DNA of 32,606 bases from Burkholderiaceae bacterium (lineage in GTDB: Bacteria > Pseudomonadota > Gammaproteobacteria > Burkholderiales > Burkholderiaceae_F), in assembly GCA_041565015.1 (NCBI GenBank), contig JBFGOX010000001.1, positions 1-32,606 on the forward strand, given 5' to 3'. Every line of letters begins with the position of its first letter. The stretch's first letter is position 1. The position numbers and the translations under genes were made by a program. Under the pieces are notes generated by a model. That model did not search any database. It was not told where the DNA came from and worked only from the letters and a program-made list of their open reading frames with translations. Shown here piece after piece: positions 8,779 to 17,105 of the stretch.

Positions 8779-9645
8779 TCATGCGCTGCGCATAGTCTCG
8801 ATCGCCGCGTCATAGCCGGCGCGCAGCTTTGCATAGACCGGACCCGGACGGCCGCTGCCGATCGGGCGATCATCCAGTGCGACGATCGGCAGGATCTCGC
8901 GCGTAGCCGACGTCAGCATCAGCTCATCGGCGCCGGCAACCTCCTCCGGCCTGAGTCTGCGCACCGAGAACGGGACGCCCGCGGCGTTGCACAATTCCTC
9001 GACGAAGCCATAGCGAATGCCCTCGAGGATCAGCCGGTCGCGTGGCGCCGCGATCACCGTTGCATCGCGCACGACCCACATGTTGCTCGAGGATCCTTCG
9101 GTCAGCCAGCCGTCGCGGAACTGCACGACTTCGTCGGCACCCTGTACTGCAGCAAATTGCCGGGCGAGCACGGCGCCGAGCAGCGATACCGACTTGACGT
9201 CGCATCGAAGCCATCGTTCGTCGGTCCGCGTCACGCATCGCAGGCCCTCGCTGCGCTGTGCCTGCGACGGCCGCGTGAACGGCGTGGTCATGGCAAAGAT
9301 CGTCGGCGGCGTGTCGGCTGGGAACGCAAAATCGCGCTTGGCTACGCCGCGGGTGGCCTGCCAGTAGATGAACTGGTTCTCATCGGGGCAGGTGGCGATC
9401 AGTCGATCGACCAGCGCGCGCCAGCCTGCGCGATCGAGCGGATTGCCGAGTCCGATCTCTCGCGTGCTGCGCTCAAAACGCGCCAGGTGCTGCTCGAAGC
9501 GGAACGGCTTGCGGTAGTAGACGGGGACGACTTCGTAGATGCCATCGCCGAAGATGAAGCCTCGGTCCAGCACCGAGATCTTCGCTTCGCGCAGCGGCAG
9601 CCATTCGCCGTTCAGGTAGCAGGTCGACTGCGGCCAGTCCATCAT
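8779..9645 (-). CDS. dat: D-amino acid aminotransferase (class IV PLP aminotransferase)
   Basis: Class IV motifs are present (YLNGEWLPLREAKISVLDRGFIFGDGIYEVVP, LEGIRYG, ELMLTSATREILPI). I favour the MMDWPQ start (ATG 9645 or 9642, with GAGGA just upstream) over ATG 9684, which has no SD. Confidence 0.85.
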   Translation of the reverse strand: MMDWPQSTCYLNGEWLPLREAKISVLDRGFIFGDGIYEVVPVYYRKPFRFEQHLARFERSTREIGLGNPLDRAGWRALVDRLIATCPDENQFIYWQATRGVAKRDFAFPADTPPTIFAMTTPFTRPSQAQRSEGLRCVTRTDERWLRCDVKSVSLLGAVLARQFAAVQGADEVVQFRDGWLTEGSSSNMWVVRDATVIAAPRDRLILEGIRYGFVEELCNAAGVPFSVRRLRPEEVAGADELMLTSATREILPIVALDDRPIGSGRPGPVYAKLRAGYDAAIETMRSA

Positions 9646-9725
9646 GTCCTCGAAAGTGTGCGCCGGCGCGGCAAAGTCGCGCATCGGCGGATGGCATCTA
9701 TGGTAGCGGCGCCGGAAGCGCCGGT

Positions 9726-10208
9726 TCAGCGGCGGCGGATCCCGACGATGAAGCCCTGCGCGGCGGTGGCCCCGTGCGCGCTGCGGATCAGTCGCTCGGC
9801 CTCGCGGATCAACGGCCGCAGTTCGTCGCCGCTGAGGGCGGCTTCGATCGCGATGGCCAGGCTATCGGCCGCCGGTCCGAGCAGTTCGTTCAGCGCGCGC
9901 ACGGCCCGCTGCTTGGCCTCGTCGACCGACGTCATCTCCGATTCCGGAATCGACGACGCGTTCGGCGCCGCGTCGAAGGGTTCGTGGCCGGGCATGCCCT
10001 GCCCGAGCAGCGCGACATAGCCACCGGCCTGCAGCGCGCGCAGCGACTCCTGAATGCCCGGTGGCAACATGGCCGCCAGTTGATCGACGTCGCGCGTGCC
10101 GTCGATCAGGATCAGCAAACGGCGCTGGGCGGGCGATAGTGCGCCGCTGCGCGAGGTGATCTCGGCGCTGCCTTTGGGAGTCTTGCCGAAGACGCGAAGA
10201 TCGGCCAT
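9726..10208 (-). CDS. hypothetical protein (no family recognised)
   Basis: 160-aa ORF with high third-position G+C over its first ~20 codons, consistent with real coding. There is no SD before ATG 10208. The N-terminal ~65 aa (KTPKGSAEITSRSGALSPAQRRLLILIDGTRDVDQLAAML...LQAGGYVALL) are followed by a Pro/Ser linker and a helical C-terminal half. Confidence 0.6.
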   Translation of the reverse strand: MADLRVFGKTPKGSAEITSRSGALSPAQRRLLILIDGTRDVDQLAAMLPPGIQESLRALQAGGYVALLGQGMPGHEPFDAAPNASSIPESEMTSVDEAKQRAVRALNELLGPAADSLAIAIEAALSGDELRPLIREAERLIRSAHGATAAQGFIVGIRRR

Positions 10209-10214
10209 GACGGG

Positions 10215-10238
10215 GCGTTGCAGTCAACGCTGCAATGC
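10215..10238 (-). promoter_or_regulatory. inverted repeat TTGCAG-N6-CTGCAA over the translation-initiation region of the 160-aa hypothetical gene
   Basis: ttgcag (10218-10223) pairs with ctgcaa (10230-10235), with flanking G-C and G-U pairs extending to 10215/10238. The element lies 7-30 nt upstream of ATG 10208, where no SD is present. Confidence 0.4.
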
Positions 10239-10374
10239 TGGCAGAAAATGCCGTGTTCGCGGTTCGGACTTAAGGATGAAGGCAAGTCGACGATCCGTCG
10301 TTCGTTGGGCGTCGGCGCCGCTTGCCACCTCGCGCATGATCGCGCGGCCGAGGCGCGCGTGGCGAAATCGATCG

Positions 10375-11052
10375 TCATTGCGCCGACGGGCTGGCGGCGA
10401 TCTGCGCGCTGCGCGCGAGCACGTGTTCGTGCACCAGTCGCCTCAGCGTCGACAGGCGGCGGTGGAAGAAATGATCCGCACCCGGCATCACGACGACGGG
10501 CAGATCCTGCGGCCGCGCCCATTCAAACACGTGCGCCAGCGGGATCGTCTCGTCAAACTCGCCGTGGATGACCAGCGTATCGGCCGCCACTGTCGGCAAG
10601 GCCCATTTGCCGGCGGCGGCGCCGACCAGGATCAGATGCGCAGGCGCCGGGCTCAGCCGCGCCGCCGCCTGCGCGGCGACGAAGCTGCCAAACGAAAACC
10701 CGGCGAGCGCGCGCGGCAGCGCCGCGGCAGTCTCGATGCCGAGCCACTGCGGCGCGCTTTCGATGATGAAGACAAAGTCGTCGGTCTCGCCGTTGCCATG
10801 ATCATGGACACCTTCGCTGGCACCCGCACCACGGAAATTCGGCCGTACGGCCAGCCATCCCAGGCCGCTGAACGCGCGCGCCAGCGTTGCCGCAACCTTG
10901 TTCTCGAGCGTGCCTCCGTAAAGCGGATGCGGATGACCGATGAAGGCAAGCCCCGCCGGCGGACCCTTCGGCACGTCGAGCGCGAGCTCGATCTTGCCCA
11001 TTGGCCCTTCGACCAGCCGGCGTTCGCTACGCGTCTGCAGTCGTGGAGTCAC
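10375..11052 (-). CDS. alpha/beta fold hydrolase
   Basis: 225-aa product with HPHPLYGGT, a nucleophile elbow GFSFGS, and a C-terminal GADHFF histidine motif. Substrate unknown. Confidence 0.8.
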   Translation of the reverse strand: MTPRLQTRSERRLVEGPMGKIELALDVPKGPPAGLAFIGHPHPLYGGTLENKVAATLARAFSGLGWLAVRPNFRGAGASEGVHDHGNGETDDFVFIIESAPQWLGIETAAALPRALAGFSFGSFVAAQAAARLSPAPAHLILVGAAAGKWALPTVAADTLVIHGEFDETIPLAHVFEWARPQDLPVVVMPGADHFFHRRLSTLRRLVHEHVLARSAQIAASPSAQ

Positions 11053-11098
11053 GCGCGGGGGATCGGGCTCGTGCTTCCGCCTGGCGCTGACCAGCGGC

Positions 11099-11407
11099 CT
11101 AGAGCCGCAACCGCTCGACCGGTTTGCCGCCGATCAAGTGGCTGTCGATGATCTCGTCGATATCGTGCTCGTCAACGTACGTGTACCAGACCCCTTCCGG
11201 ATAGACGACCACGCAGGGTCCCTCGTCGCACCGATCGAGGCAACCCGCCTTGTTGATGCGAACCTTTCCCTGCCCGTCCAGACCGAGCTTCTTGATCCGC
11301 GCCTTCGCATGGGCCTGCATGCGCTCGGCGTCGTGCGCTGCGCAGCAGGCGCGTCCATCGTCGCGCTGATTCAGGCAGAAAAACACGTGCCGCAGGTAAT
11401 AACTCAT
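11099..11407 (-). CDS. thioredoxin-like (2Fe-2S) ferredoxin domain protein
   Basis: 102-aa product with the Cys pattern FFCLN...GRACC...AGCLDRCDEGP and VVVYPEGVWY, typical of thioredoxin-like [2Fe-2S] ferredoxins. Confidence 0.85.
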   Translation of the reverse strand: MSYYLRHVFFCLNQRDDGRACCAAHDAERMQAHAKARIKKLGLDGQGKVRINKAGCLDRCDEGPCVVVYPEGVWYTYVDEHDIDEIIDSHLIGGKPVERLRL

Positions 11408-11457
11408 TGCACAGCCTCGAAAAGCAACATTCTACGAAGCCGCTCGCTGCGCCGGAC

Positions 11458-12618
11458 TCATTGACCACGCCCAGCGTGCAGTTGACGGCCGCGCCGCATC
11501 CACCAAAGCAGCGCGGTCATCATTGCAAACGGCCAGGCCTGTGCCAGCCAGTACGTCGCCGCCGCGACGTCGCGCAGCCGTCCGGGTTGCCACGCGGCCA
11601 GCCAGTGCGCGTGATAGGGATTGGGCGGCACCCAGTTGACCATGAAGACCAGTACCAGCAGGGCGCTGGCGGAAAGCAGCTTGGCCGCGCGCACGGTCGC
11701 GGCAGTCGCGGCGGCCGTCACGACGAGCACGCCCACGGCCAGCCCGGAGATCGCCCCGGGCGTCAGCCAGGCCATCGCCCGCGCCGGTCCGAACTCGTGA
11801 CCATAGGTGATGGCCTTGGTCACCAGCGCTGACAAGAGCAACAACAGCAACAGCCTCAGCCGTGGCGCGCGCCGATTCATGCCGGCGGCCATTGCCGTGC
11901 CGGCGGCCAGCATGCCAGCAGTCGTGACCAGGACTTCGGCGGCCGCAAACTGGCTGGCGTCGAACACCGGCGCCTGCCTGCCGAAGAACTCGAGGATCGC
12001 CGCGACCAGATCGCGGTTGAGCTCGCCATTGCCGAACAGCATGGGCCCAGGATGGATCTGCGCCAGCGGCCAGAGCGCAACGATCAGCAACAGCGGAGCC
12101 GCATCGTCGCGAAACCAGCGCCAACGCGCATGCTGCAGGCGGTCGCGGTCGATCAGCGCCGGCGCGAGCAGCGCGCCGCCGACGGCACCCAGCGCGGCGC
12201 CGGCCGTGTTGGTCAAGACGTCCAGATTCGATGCAATCCGCGACGGCAGGTAATTCTGTGCGCCCTCGAGCAACACGGAAACGAGCCCGCCGATCGCAGC
12301 GGCGATGACGATCGCCGAAATGCCGCGCCGCTGCGGATAGAGCGCCAGCACGAGCAGCAGACCGAGTGGAACATACGCGAGCACGTTCAACGCCAGATCG
12401 AAGCCGGTGACGAACGCGGGCCAGGGCGCGAACAGGTATGCGAAAGGACTGACGCCGAGCGAACGCCATCTCTGCCAGGGCACCAGAGAGCCGTAGACGA
12501 GCAGCACCGTGTATGTGAACAGCGCGGCGCGGGCCAGCGGCGAGGCGCGTCGCGCAACCGTTTCGACGCGAGCGCCGGTCGGCTGCGGGCTGATGGGTGG
12601 GGACGGCAGCACGGACAC
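11458..12618 (-). CDS. VanZ family membrane protein with polytopic C-terminal extension
   Basis: A VanZ-like N-terminal region (ALFTYTVLLVYGSLVPW, YVPLGLLLVLALYP, LLEGAQNYLPSRIASNLDVLTNTAGAALG) is followed by ~230 aa of further hydrophobic helices. The start is uncertain. I chose GTG 12618 because the ORF-track N-terminus (to 12903) is non-protein-like and would run through the birA start region. Confidence 0.75.
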   Translation of the reverse strand: MSVLPSPPISPQPTGARVETVARRASPLARAALFTYTVLLVYGSLVPWQRWRSLGVSPFAYLFAPWPAFVTGFDLALNVLAYVPLGLLLVLALYPQRRGISAIVIAAAIGGLVSVLLEGAQNYLPSRIASNLDVLTNTAGAALGAVGGALLAPALIDRDRLQHARWRWFRDDAAPLLLIVALWPLAQIHPGPMLFGNGELNRDLVAAILEFFGRQAPVFDASQFAAAEVLVTTAGMLAAGTAMAAGMNRRAPRLRLLLLLLLSALVTKAITYGHEFGPARAMAWLTPGAISGLAVGVLVVTAAATAATVRAAKLLSASALLVLVFMVNWVPPNPYHAHWLAAWQPGRLRDVAAATYWLAQAWPFAMMTALLWWMRRGRQLHAGRGQ

Positions 12619-12651
12619 GTGAATAAGGGTAGGCGACGATGCTCGGGTCGT

Positions 12652-12692
12652 GTGGAAAATAGGCAGAATCCCTGCCAATGGTAAATTTCCAC
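12652..12692. promoter_or_regulatory. nested inverted repeat in the vanZ/birA divergent region
   Basis: GTGGAAA (12652-12658) and TTTCCAC (12686-12692) enclose GGCAG (12662-12666)-aatcc-CTGCC (12672-12676). The patch has locally lower GC. Confidence 0.45.
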
Positions 12693-12757
12693 GGCTGCAT
12701 TGCGAGGCGCCGTTCGAACAATCCGGCGAAGACGGCGCCGAATTTCGACCCCGGAAC

Positions 12758-13606
12758 GTGGTTGTGCCCATCGTTTCCCACACTCGTACAGGCCCCGCAG
12801 ATTCGGCTCGAACCGCGGCTGCCTTGCCGCTGATCGGCGAGCGGATCGCCGCCGTCGTTGGGGGTTTCGACGTCGAGTCCGTCCAGCAGACCGGCTCGAC
12901 CAACGCCGATCTGCTCGAACGTGCGCGGCGCGCGCAGCCGGGGCGGCCCGCGTTGCGGGCGGCGTTGTTGCAGACCGCCGGACGCGGTCGTCAAGGCCGG
13001 CGCTGGCACGCGAGTGCCGGTAATGCGCTGCTGTTTTCACTCGCCGTGCCGACGGATGTGGCTAACGCGCGGCTCCCCGCCGCGACGCTGGCCTGCGGGA
13101 TCGGCGCCGCAGAGGCGCTGCGAGCGGCCGGTGCCGCGGTGACGCTCAAATGGCCGAACGACCTGCTGCTCGAGGGCCGCAAATTAGGCGGAGTGCTGTG
13201 CGAACTCGCCGTCGACGGGCAGGGGCGGCGCACCTTGGTGATCGGCGTCGGCGTCAACGTGCACCTCGATCCTTCGACGCGCGATTCGATCGGTCAGCCG
13301 GCCGCCTCGCTCGATCAGGTTTTGCCCGCCGCGATCGAGCAGCGCGAGGACTTGATCGGCCGTATTGCGGCGGCGATTGACGACGCTTTGCGGATTTTCG
13401 AGGATGATGGCTTCGTGCCGCTGCAGCCGCGGTTCATGGCGCTGTTCGCCCAGCGTGACGCGCTGGTCGATGTGCTCGAACTTGGCGTTCGTGTCGCCAG
13501 CGGGCGCGCGCTCGGAGTCGACGGCGAGGGGCGGTTGTTGCTGGATACCCAGGAAGGACTGCGCGTGTGCAGCAGCGGCGAACTGTCGATGCGGGTGGCA
13601 GCGTGA
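12758..13606 (+). CDS. birA: biotin--[acetyl-CoA-carboxylase] ligase (no N-terminal HTH apparent)
   Basis: BirA motifs are present (QQTGSTNADLL, QTAGRGRQGRRWHASAGNALLFSL, LKWPNDLLLEGRKLGGVLCE). The start is uncertain: candidates are GTG 12650, GTG 12758 and TTG 12824, none with an SD. Third-position G+C is low between ~12780 and 12820 and rises after 12824, so the true start may be TTG 12824. Confidence 0.88.
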   Translation: MVVPIVSHTRTGPADSARTAAALPLIGERIAAVVGGFDVESVQQTGSTNADLLERARRAQPGRPALRAALLQTAGRGRQGRRWHASAGNALLFSLAVPTDVANARLPAATLACGIGAAEALRAAGAAVTLKWPNDLLLEGRKLGGVLCELAVDGQGRRTLVIGVGVNVHLDPSTRDSIGQPAASLDQVLPAAIEQREDLIGRIAAAIDDALRIFEDDGFVPLQPRFMALFAQRDALVDVLELGVRVASGRALGVDGEGRLLLDTQEGLRVCSSGELSMRVAA

Positions 13607-13679
13607 GCCCTTGGGCCGCTTTCCCCGTAGCGAGCGGCCGGCGCGCTGACCGGACTGCCGACTTTTGCGGATATTGCGA

Positions 13680-14516
13680 ATGACGATGCCGATGTACTGG
13701 CTGCTCATTGATGCCGGAAACTCGGCCATGAAGTGGGTGTTGATGACCGACAACGGGCAGGTCGGTCCGGCGCATGGCTCGCTTCGCAATTCGCCACCGG
13801 CCGAACTGATGCCCGCGCTGGCGCGCGAATGGATCGACCGCGTCAACGTACCGGTTCAGGCCGCATACGGCTGTGGCGTCGCCGCGCCGGTGCTGATGCG
13901 GGCGATGGAACAGGCGGTCATGAAGGCGTTCGCGCTACCGGTGCACTGGTTCGAGTCGCAGTCGTCCTTCCATCACGACGGCGTCGCCTTGCGCAACGGA
14001 TACCGCGACAGCACGCAGCTGGGTGTCGACCGCTGGCACTCCTTGCTCGCTGCCCGCGCTGCACACCCGGACCGTTCGCTGGTGGTGGTGACGGCCGGCA
14101 CTGCCACCACCGTCGACGGCGTCACGATGGACGGGTCGTTTGTCGGCGGCGCGATCGCACCGGGCGTGCGAATGATGTACGACGGGCTGGCGCGCGGCAC
14201 GGCCAACTTGCCGTTCGCCAAAGGCCAGCTCGCCGCGTATCCGGACAACACCGACGACGCCATTGCCTCCGGCGTGATCGGTTGCCAGCTCGGCTTGATC
14301 GAGCGGTTCGTCCGCAACTTCCGCGTCGAGCACGGCGAACCGCTGGTTGTTCTTGCCGGAGGCTACGCTGCGCACCTGTCGCCCTATGTCGGCCTCGGCA
14401 CCTCGCTGCCTGGCGTGATCCGCGAGGAGAACCTGGTGCTGCGCGGCGTCTATCTGCGCGCGCGGGCGCTGGCCGCTGATACGGCGCCGGCCAGTACCGC
14501 CATCGCGGCGCGATGA
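13680..14516 (+). CDS. coaX: type III pantothenate kinase
   Basis: The N-terminus MTMPMYWLLIDAGNSAMKW is the type III PanK phosphate-binding start. GTATTVD and LAGGYA motifs are present. ATG 13680, 13686 and 13692 are all possible starts; the ORF-track start 13665 is TTG. Confidence 0.9.
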   Translation: MTMPMYWLLIDAGNSAMKWVLMTDNGQVGPAHGSLRNSPPAELMPALAREWIDRVNVPVQAAYGCGVAAPVLMRAMEQAVMKAFALPVHWFESQSSFHHDGVALRNGYRDSTQLGVDRWHSLLAARAAHPDRSLVVVTAGTATTVDGVTMDGSFVGGAIAPGVRMMYDGLARGTANLPFAKGQLAAYPDNTDDAIASGVIGCQLGLIERFVRNFRVEHGEPLVVLAGGYAAHLSPYVGLGTSLPGVIREENLVLRGVYLRARALAADTAPASTAIAAR

Positions 14517-15181
14517 AGCTGGCGTTTCTCCTTCTACTGCTCGTCAATCTCGCCCTTTTCGCCTGGCAGCGCGGCGTTTTCGGGCCACTGGTCGAGAGCG
14601 GCCGCGAGCCGCAGCGGGTCGCCCGCCAGATCGCGCCGGAAAAGGTCCGCGTGCTGACGCCCGATCAACTCGCCGCGCTGCGCACGACAGCAAAGCCTAG
14701 TGCAAACGTCGCGAGTGCCAAGCCCACCTGCCTGGAGTTCGGCGATTTCGACGACGCAGCGCTGGCGCAGGTGCAGTCGCGACTGGAGGCGCTGGCGCTC
14801 GGTGGGCGGTTGAAGGCGCGCAGTGTCGAGGGCCCCGGCTGGTTCATCGTCTATCTGCCGCCGCTCGCGTCGCGCGCCGACGCCGAACGCGCCGCGCAGG
14901 ATCTTCGGACGCGCGGCGTCCGCGACTTCGTGCTGATGGGCGAGAACTCGGCGCTGCGCAACGGTATCGCACTTGGATCGTTCCGCGAGCAGGAACTGGC
15001 GCAGCGCCATGCCGCGGATCTGGCGCAGCGCGGCGTCAAGGGCGTGCGCGTGTCCGAGCGCCCGTCGAGCACCGAGGCAACGCGCTTCGAGATTCGCAAT
15101 GTCGACGCGGCGCTGGCGCAGCAACTGGCGGAGCTGCAGAAGGAGTTTCCGCAAAGCCAGCTGGCCGCCTGCGAGAAATAG
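14513..15181 (+). CDS. SPOR domain-containing membrane protein
   Basis: The ATG overlaps the coaX stop (ATGA at 14513-14516). An N-terminal TM helix (MKLAFLLLLLVNLALFAW) is followed by a SPOR-like repeat (WFIVYLPPLASRADAERAAQDLRTRGV...IALGSFREQELAQRHAADL). Confidence 0.8.
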   Translation: MKLAFLLLLLVNLALFAWQRGVFGPLVESGREPQRVARQIAPEKVRVLTPDQLAALRTTAKPSANVASAKPTCLEFGDFDDAALAQVQSRLEALALGGRLKARSVEGPGWFIVYLPPLASRADAERAAQDLRTRGVRDFVLMGENSALRNGIALGSFREQELAQRHAADLAQRGVKGVRVSERPSSTEATRFEIRNVDAALAQQLAELQKEFPQSQLAACEK

Positions 15182-15224
15182 CCGGCGGCGGCGCGACGCC
15201 GGTTCCAGTCGGGCGCCATCCGAA

Positions 15225-15695
15225 GTGTTCAACATCGTCCTCGTCGAGCCGGAAATCCCGCCCAACACCGGCAACGTGATCCGATTGGCCGCGAACACCG
15301 GCGCACGCTTGCATCTGGTGCAGCCGCTCGGCTTTGACCTGAGCGACAAGCAGCTGCGTCGCGCCGGCCTCGATTATCACGAGTTCGCGACCGTTACCGT
15401 GCATGAAAGGTTTGATGACCTGCTCGCCGCCGCGCAGCCCGATCCCGGGCGGCTGTTTGCGATGACCACGCGTGGCAACCGCCTGTACGCCGAGATCGCC
15501 TACGCGGCCGGTGACTGGCTGGTCTTCGGCGCCGAGACCCGCGGGCTGAGCGAGGCGATGCGCAGCCGCTTTGCACCGGAACGGCAATTGCGGCTGCCGA
15601 TGCTTCCCGGCAACCGCAGCCTGAATCTGTCGAACGCGGTGGCGGTTGTCGTATTCGAGGCGTGGCGTCAGCTGGGTTTCCACGGCGGCCGCTGA
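15225..15695 (+). CDS. trmL: tRNA (cytidine(34)-2'-O)-methyltransferase (SpoU/TrmH family)
   Basis: GTG 15225 gives a 156-aa product starting VFNIVLVEPEIPPNTGNVIRL, as in TrmL, with C-terminal LNLSNAVAVVVFEAWRQ. The upstream part of the ORF-track frame overlaps the SPOR gene and is Arg-rich junk. Confidence 0.88.
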   Translation: MFNIVLVEPEIPPNTGNVIRLAANTGARLHLVQPLGFDLSDKQLRRAGLDYHEFATVTVHERFDDLLAAAQPDPGRLFAMTTRGNRLYAEIAYAAGDWLVFGAETRGLSEAMRSRFAPERQLRLPMLPGNRSLNLSNAVAVVVFEAWRQLGFHGGR

Positions 15696-15705
15696 GCGGC
15701 CGTCG
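15683..15705. terminator. GC-rich hairpin between convergent trmL and metY, with the trmL stop codon in the loop
   Basis: cggcggccgc (15683-15692), tga (15693-15695), gcggccgtcg (15696-15705). There are 9 Watson-Crick pairs and one G-U pair. No U-tract on either strand, so terminator function is speculative. Confidence 0.25.
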
Positions 15706-15711
15706 GCTGAA

Positions 15712-17001
15712 TCAGGCAGCGACGCGCAGCTGCGACGCGCGCAGCGCCTGGTCGATGTCGGCAAGCAGATCGTCTATATGTTCGATGCCCACCGACAGGC
15801 GAACCATGTCTTCGCTAACCCCGGCGGCTTCGAGTTCGGCCGGCGCCAGTTGCCGGTGCGTGGTCGATGCCGGATGCGTCGCCAGCGACTTGGCATCGCC
15901 GATGTTCACCAGTCGCGTGATCAGTTTCAGGCTGTCGAGGAAGCGTTCGCCGGCGACGCGCCCGCCGATGATGCCGAAGGCGAGCCCGCCTGAGGCGCGG
16001 CCGCGCAACAGCTGCTGCGCCAGTGCGTGATCCGGGTGTGATGGGAGCGCGGCGTAACGCACCCAGCTGACAGCGGGCTGGCCCTGCAGGAAGCGGGCGA
16101 TGTCCAGCGCGTTGTCGTTGATGCGGTCCATTCGCAGCGCCAGCGTCTCGATGCCCTGCAGGATCAGGAACGCGTTGAACGGCGACAGCGCAGCGCCAGT
16201 GTTGCGCAACGGCACGACGCGGGCGCGGCCGATATAGGCCGCCGGGCCCAGCGCCTGCGTGTAGACAACGCCGTGATAAGAAGGATCGGGGCTGTTCAGG
16301 CGCGGGAACCGATCGGCGTGCTCGGCCCACGGAAAGCGGCCACCGTCGATGATGATGCCGCCGACCGTGGAGCCGTGGCCGCCGAGGTACTTGGTCAGCG
16401 AGTGCACGACGATGTCGGCGCCGTGCTCGAACGGACGCAGCAGATATGGCGTGGCCACCGTGTTGTCGACGATCAGCGGTACGCCAGCTGCGTGTGCGGC
16501 AGCGGCCAACCGGCCGATATCGGCAATGCGCCCCGACGGATTGCCGATCGACTCGACGAAGACGGCTTTCGTCTTCGCGTCGCACAGCCGCCCGATCGCC
16601 TGCGGCTCATCGAGGCTGAAGAAGCGGGTTTCGATGCCCTGCTGCGGCAGCGTGTGCGCCAGCAGGTTATAGGTGCCGCCGTAAAGCTGGCTGGCGGCGA
16701 CGATGTTGTCGCCCGCCTCGGCGATCGTCTGCAGGGCATAGGTGATCGCAGCCATGCCGCTGGACAGCGCCAGGCCGGCGACACCGCCCTCCATCGCGGC
16801 GAGGCGCTTTTCCAGAACCTCGCTGGTCGGGTTCATGATTCGTGTGTAAATGTTCCCCTGGACCTTCAGGTCGAACAGGTCGGCGCCGTGCTGCGCCGAA
16901 TCGAACGCGTAGGACGTCGTCTGGTAGATCGGAACGGCCACCGAGCGCGTGGTCGATTCCGGGGTGTAGCCGCCGTGGACGGCGAGTGTCTCGAGGCGCA
17001 T
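15712..17001 (-). CDS. metY: O-acetylhomoserine aminocarboxypropyltransferase/cysteine synthase (O-acetylhomoserine sulfhydrylase)
   Basis: 429-aa product (MRLETLAVHGGY, IYQTTSYAF, NIYTRIMNPT) with the PLP lysine motif HSLTKYLGGHG. GAGAGA lies a few nt before ATG 17001. Confidence 0.93.
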   Translation of the reverse strand: MRLETLAVHGGYTPESTTRSVAVPIYQTTSYAFDSAQHGADLFDLKVQGNIYTRIMNPTSEVLEKRLAAMEGGVAGLALSSGMAAITYALQTIAEAGDNIVAASQLYGGTYNLLAHTLPQQGIETRFFSLDEPQAIGRLCDAKTKAVFVESIGNPSGRIADIGRLAAAAHAAGVPLIVDNTVATPYLLRPFEHGADIVVHSLTKYLGGHGSTVGGIIIDGGRFPWAEHADRFPRLNSPDPSYHGVVYTQALGPAAYIGRARVVPLRNTGAALSPFNAFLILQGIETLALRMDRINDNALDIARFLQGQPAVSWVRYAALPSHPDHALAQQLLRGRASGGLAFGIIGGRVAGERFLDSLKLITRLVNIGDAKSLATHPASTTHRQLAPAELEAAGVSEDMVRLSVGIEHIDDLLADIDQALRASQLRVAA

Positions 17002-17105
17002 CGGGCGATTCTCTCTAGCGGGGGGTGCTGGCGAGCTTAGGCGACGCGCGCAGGTGCGTTAGAAAAGATGGTTGGGTGCTTATTACGGCGCGCGTGCGGC
17101 AGCGC

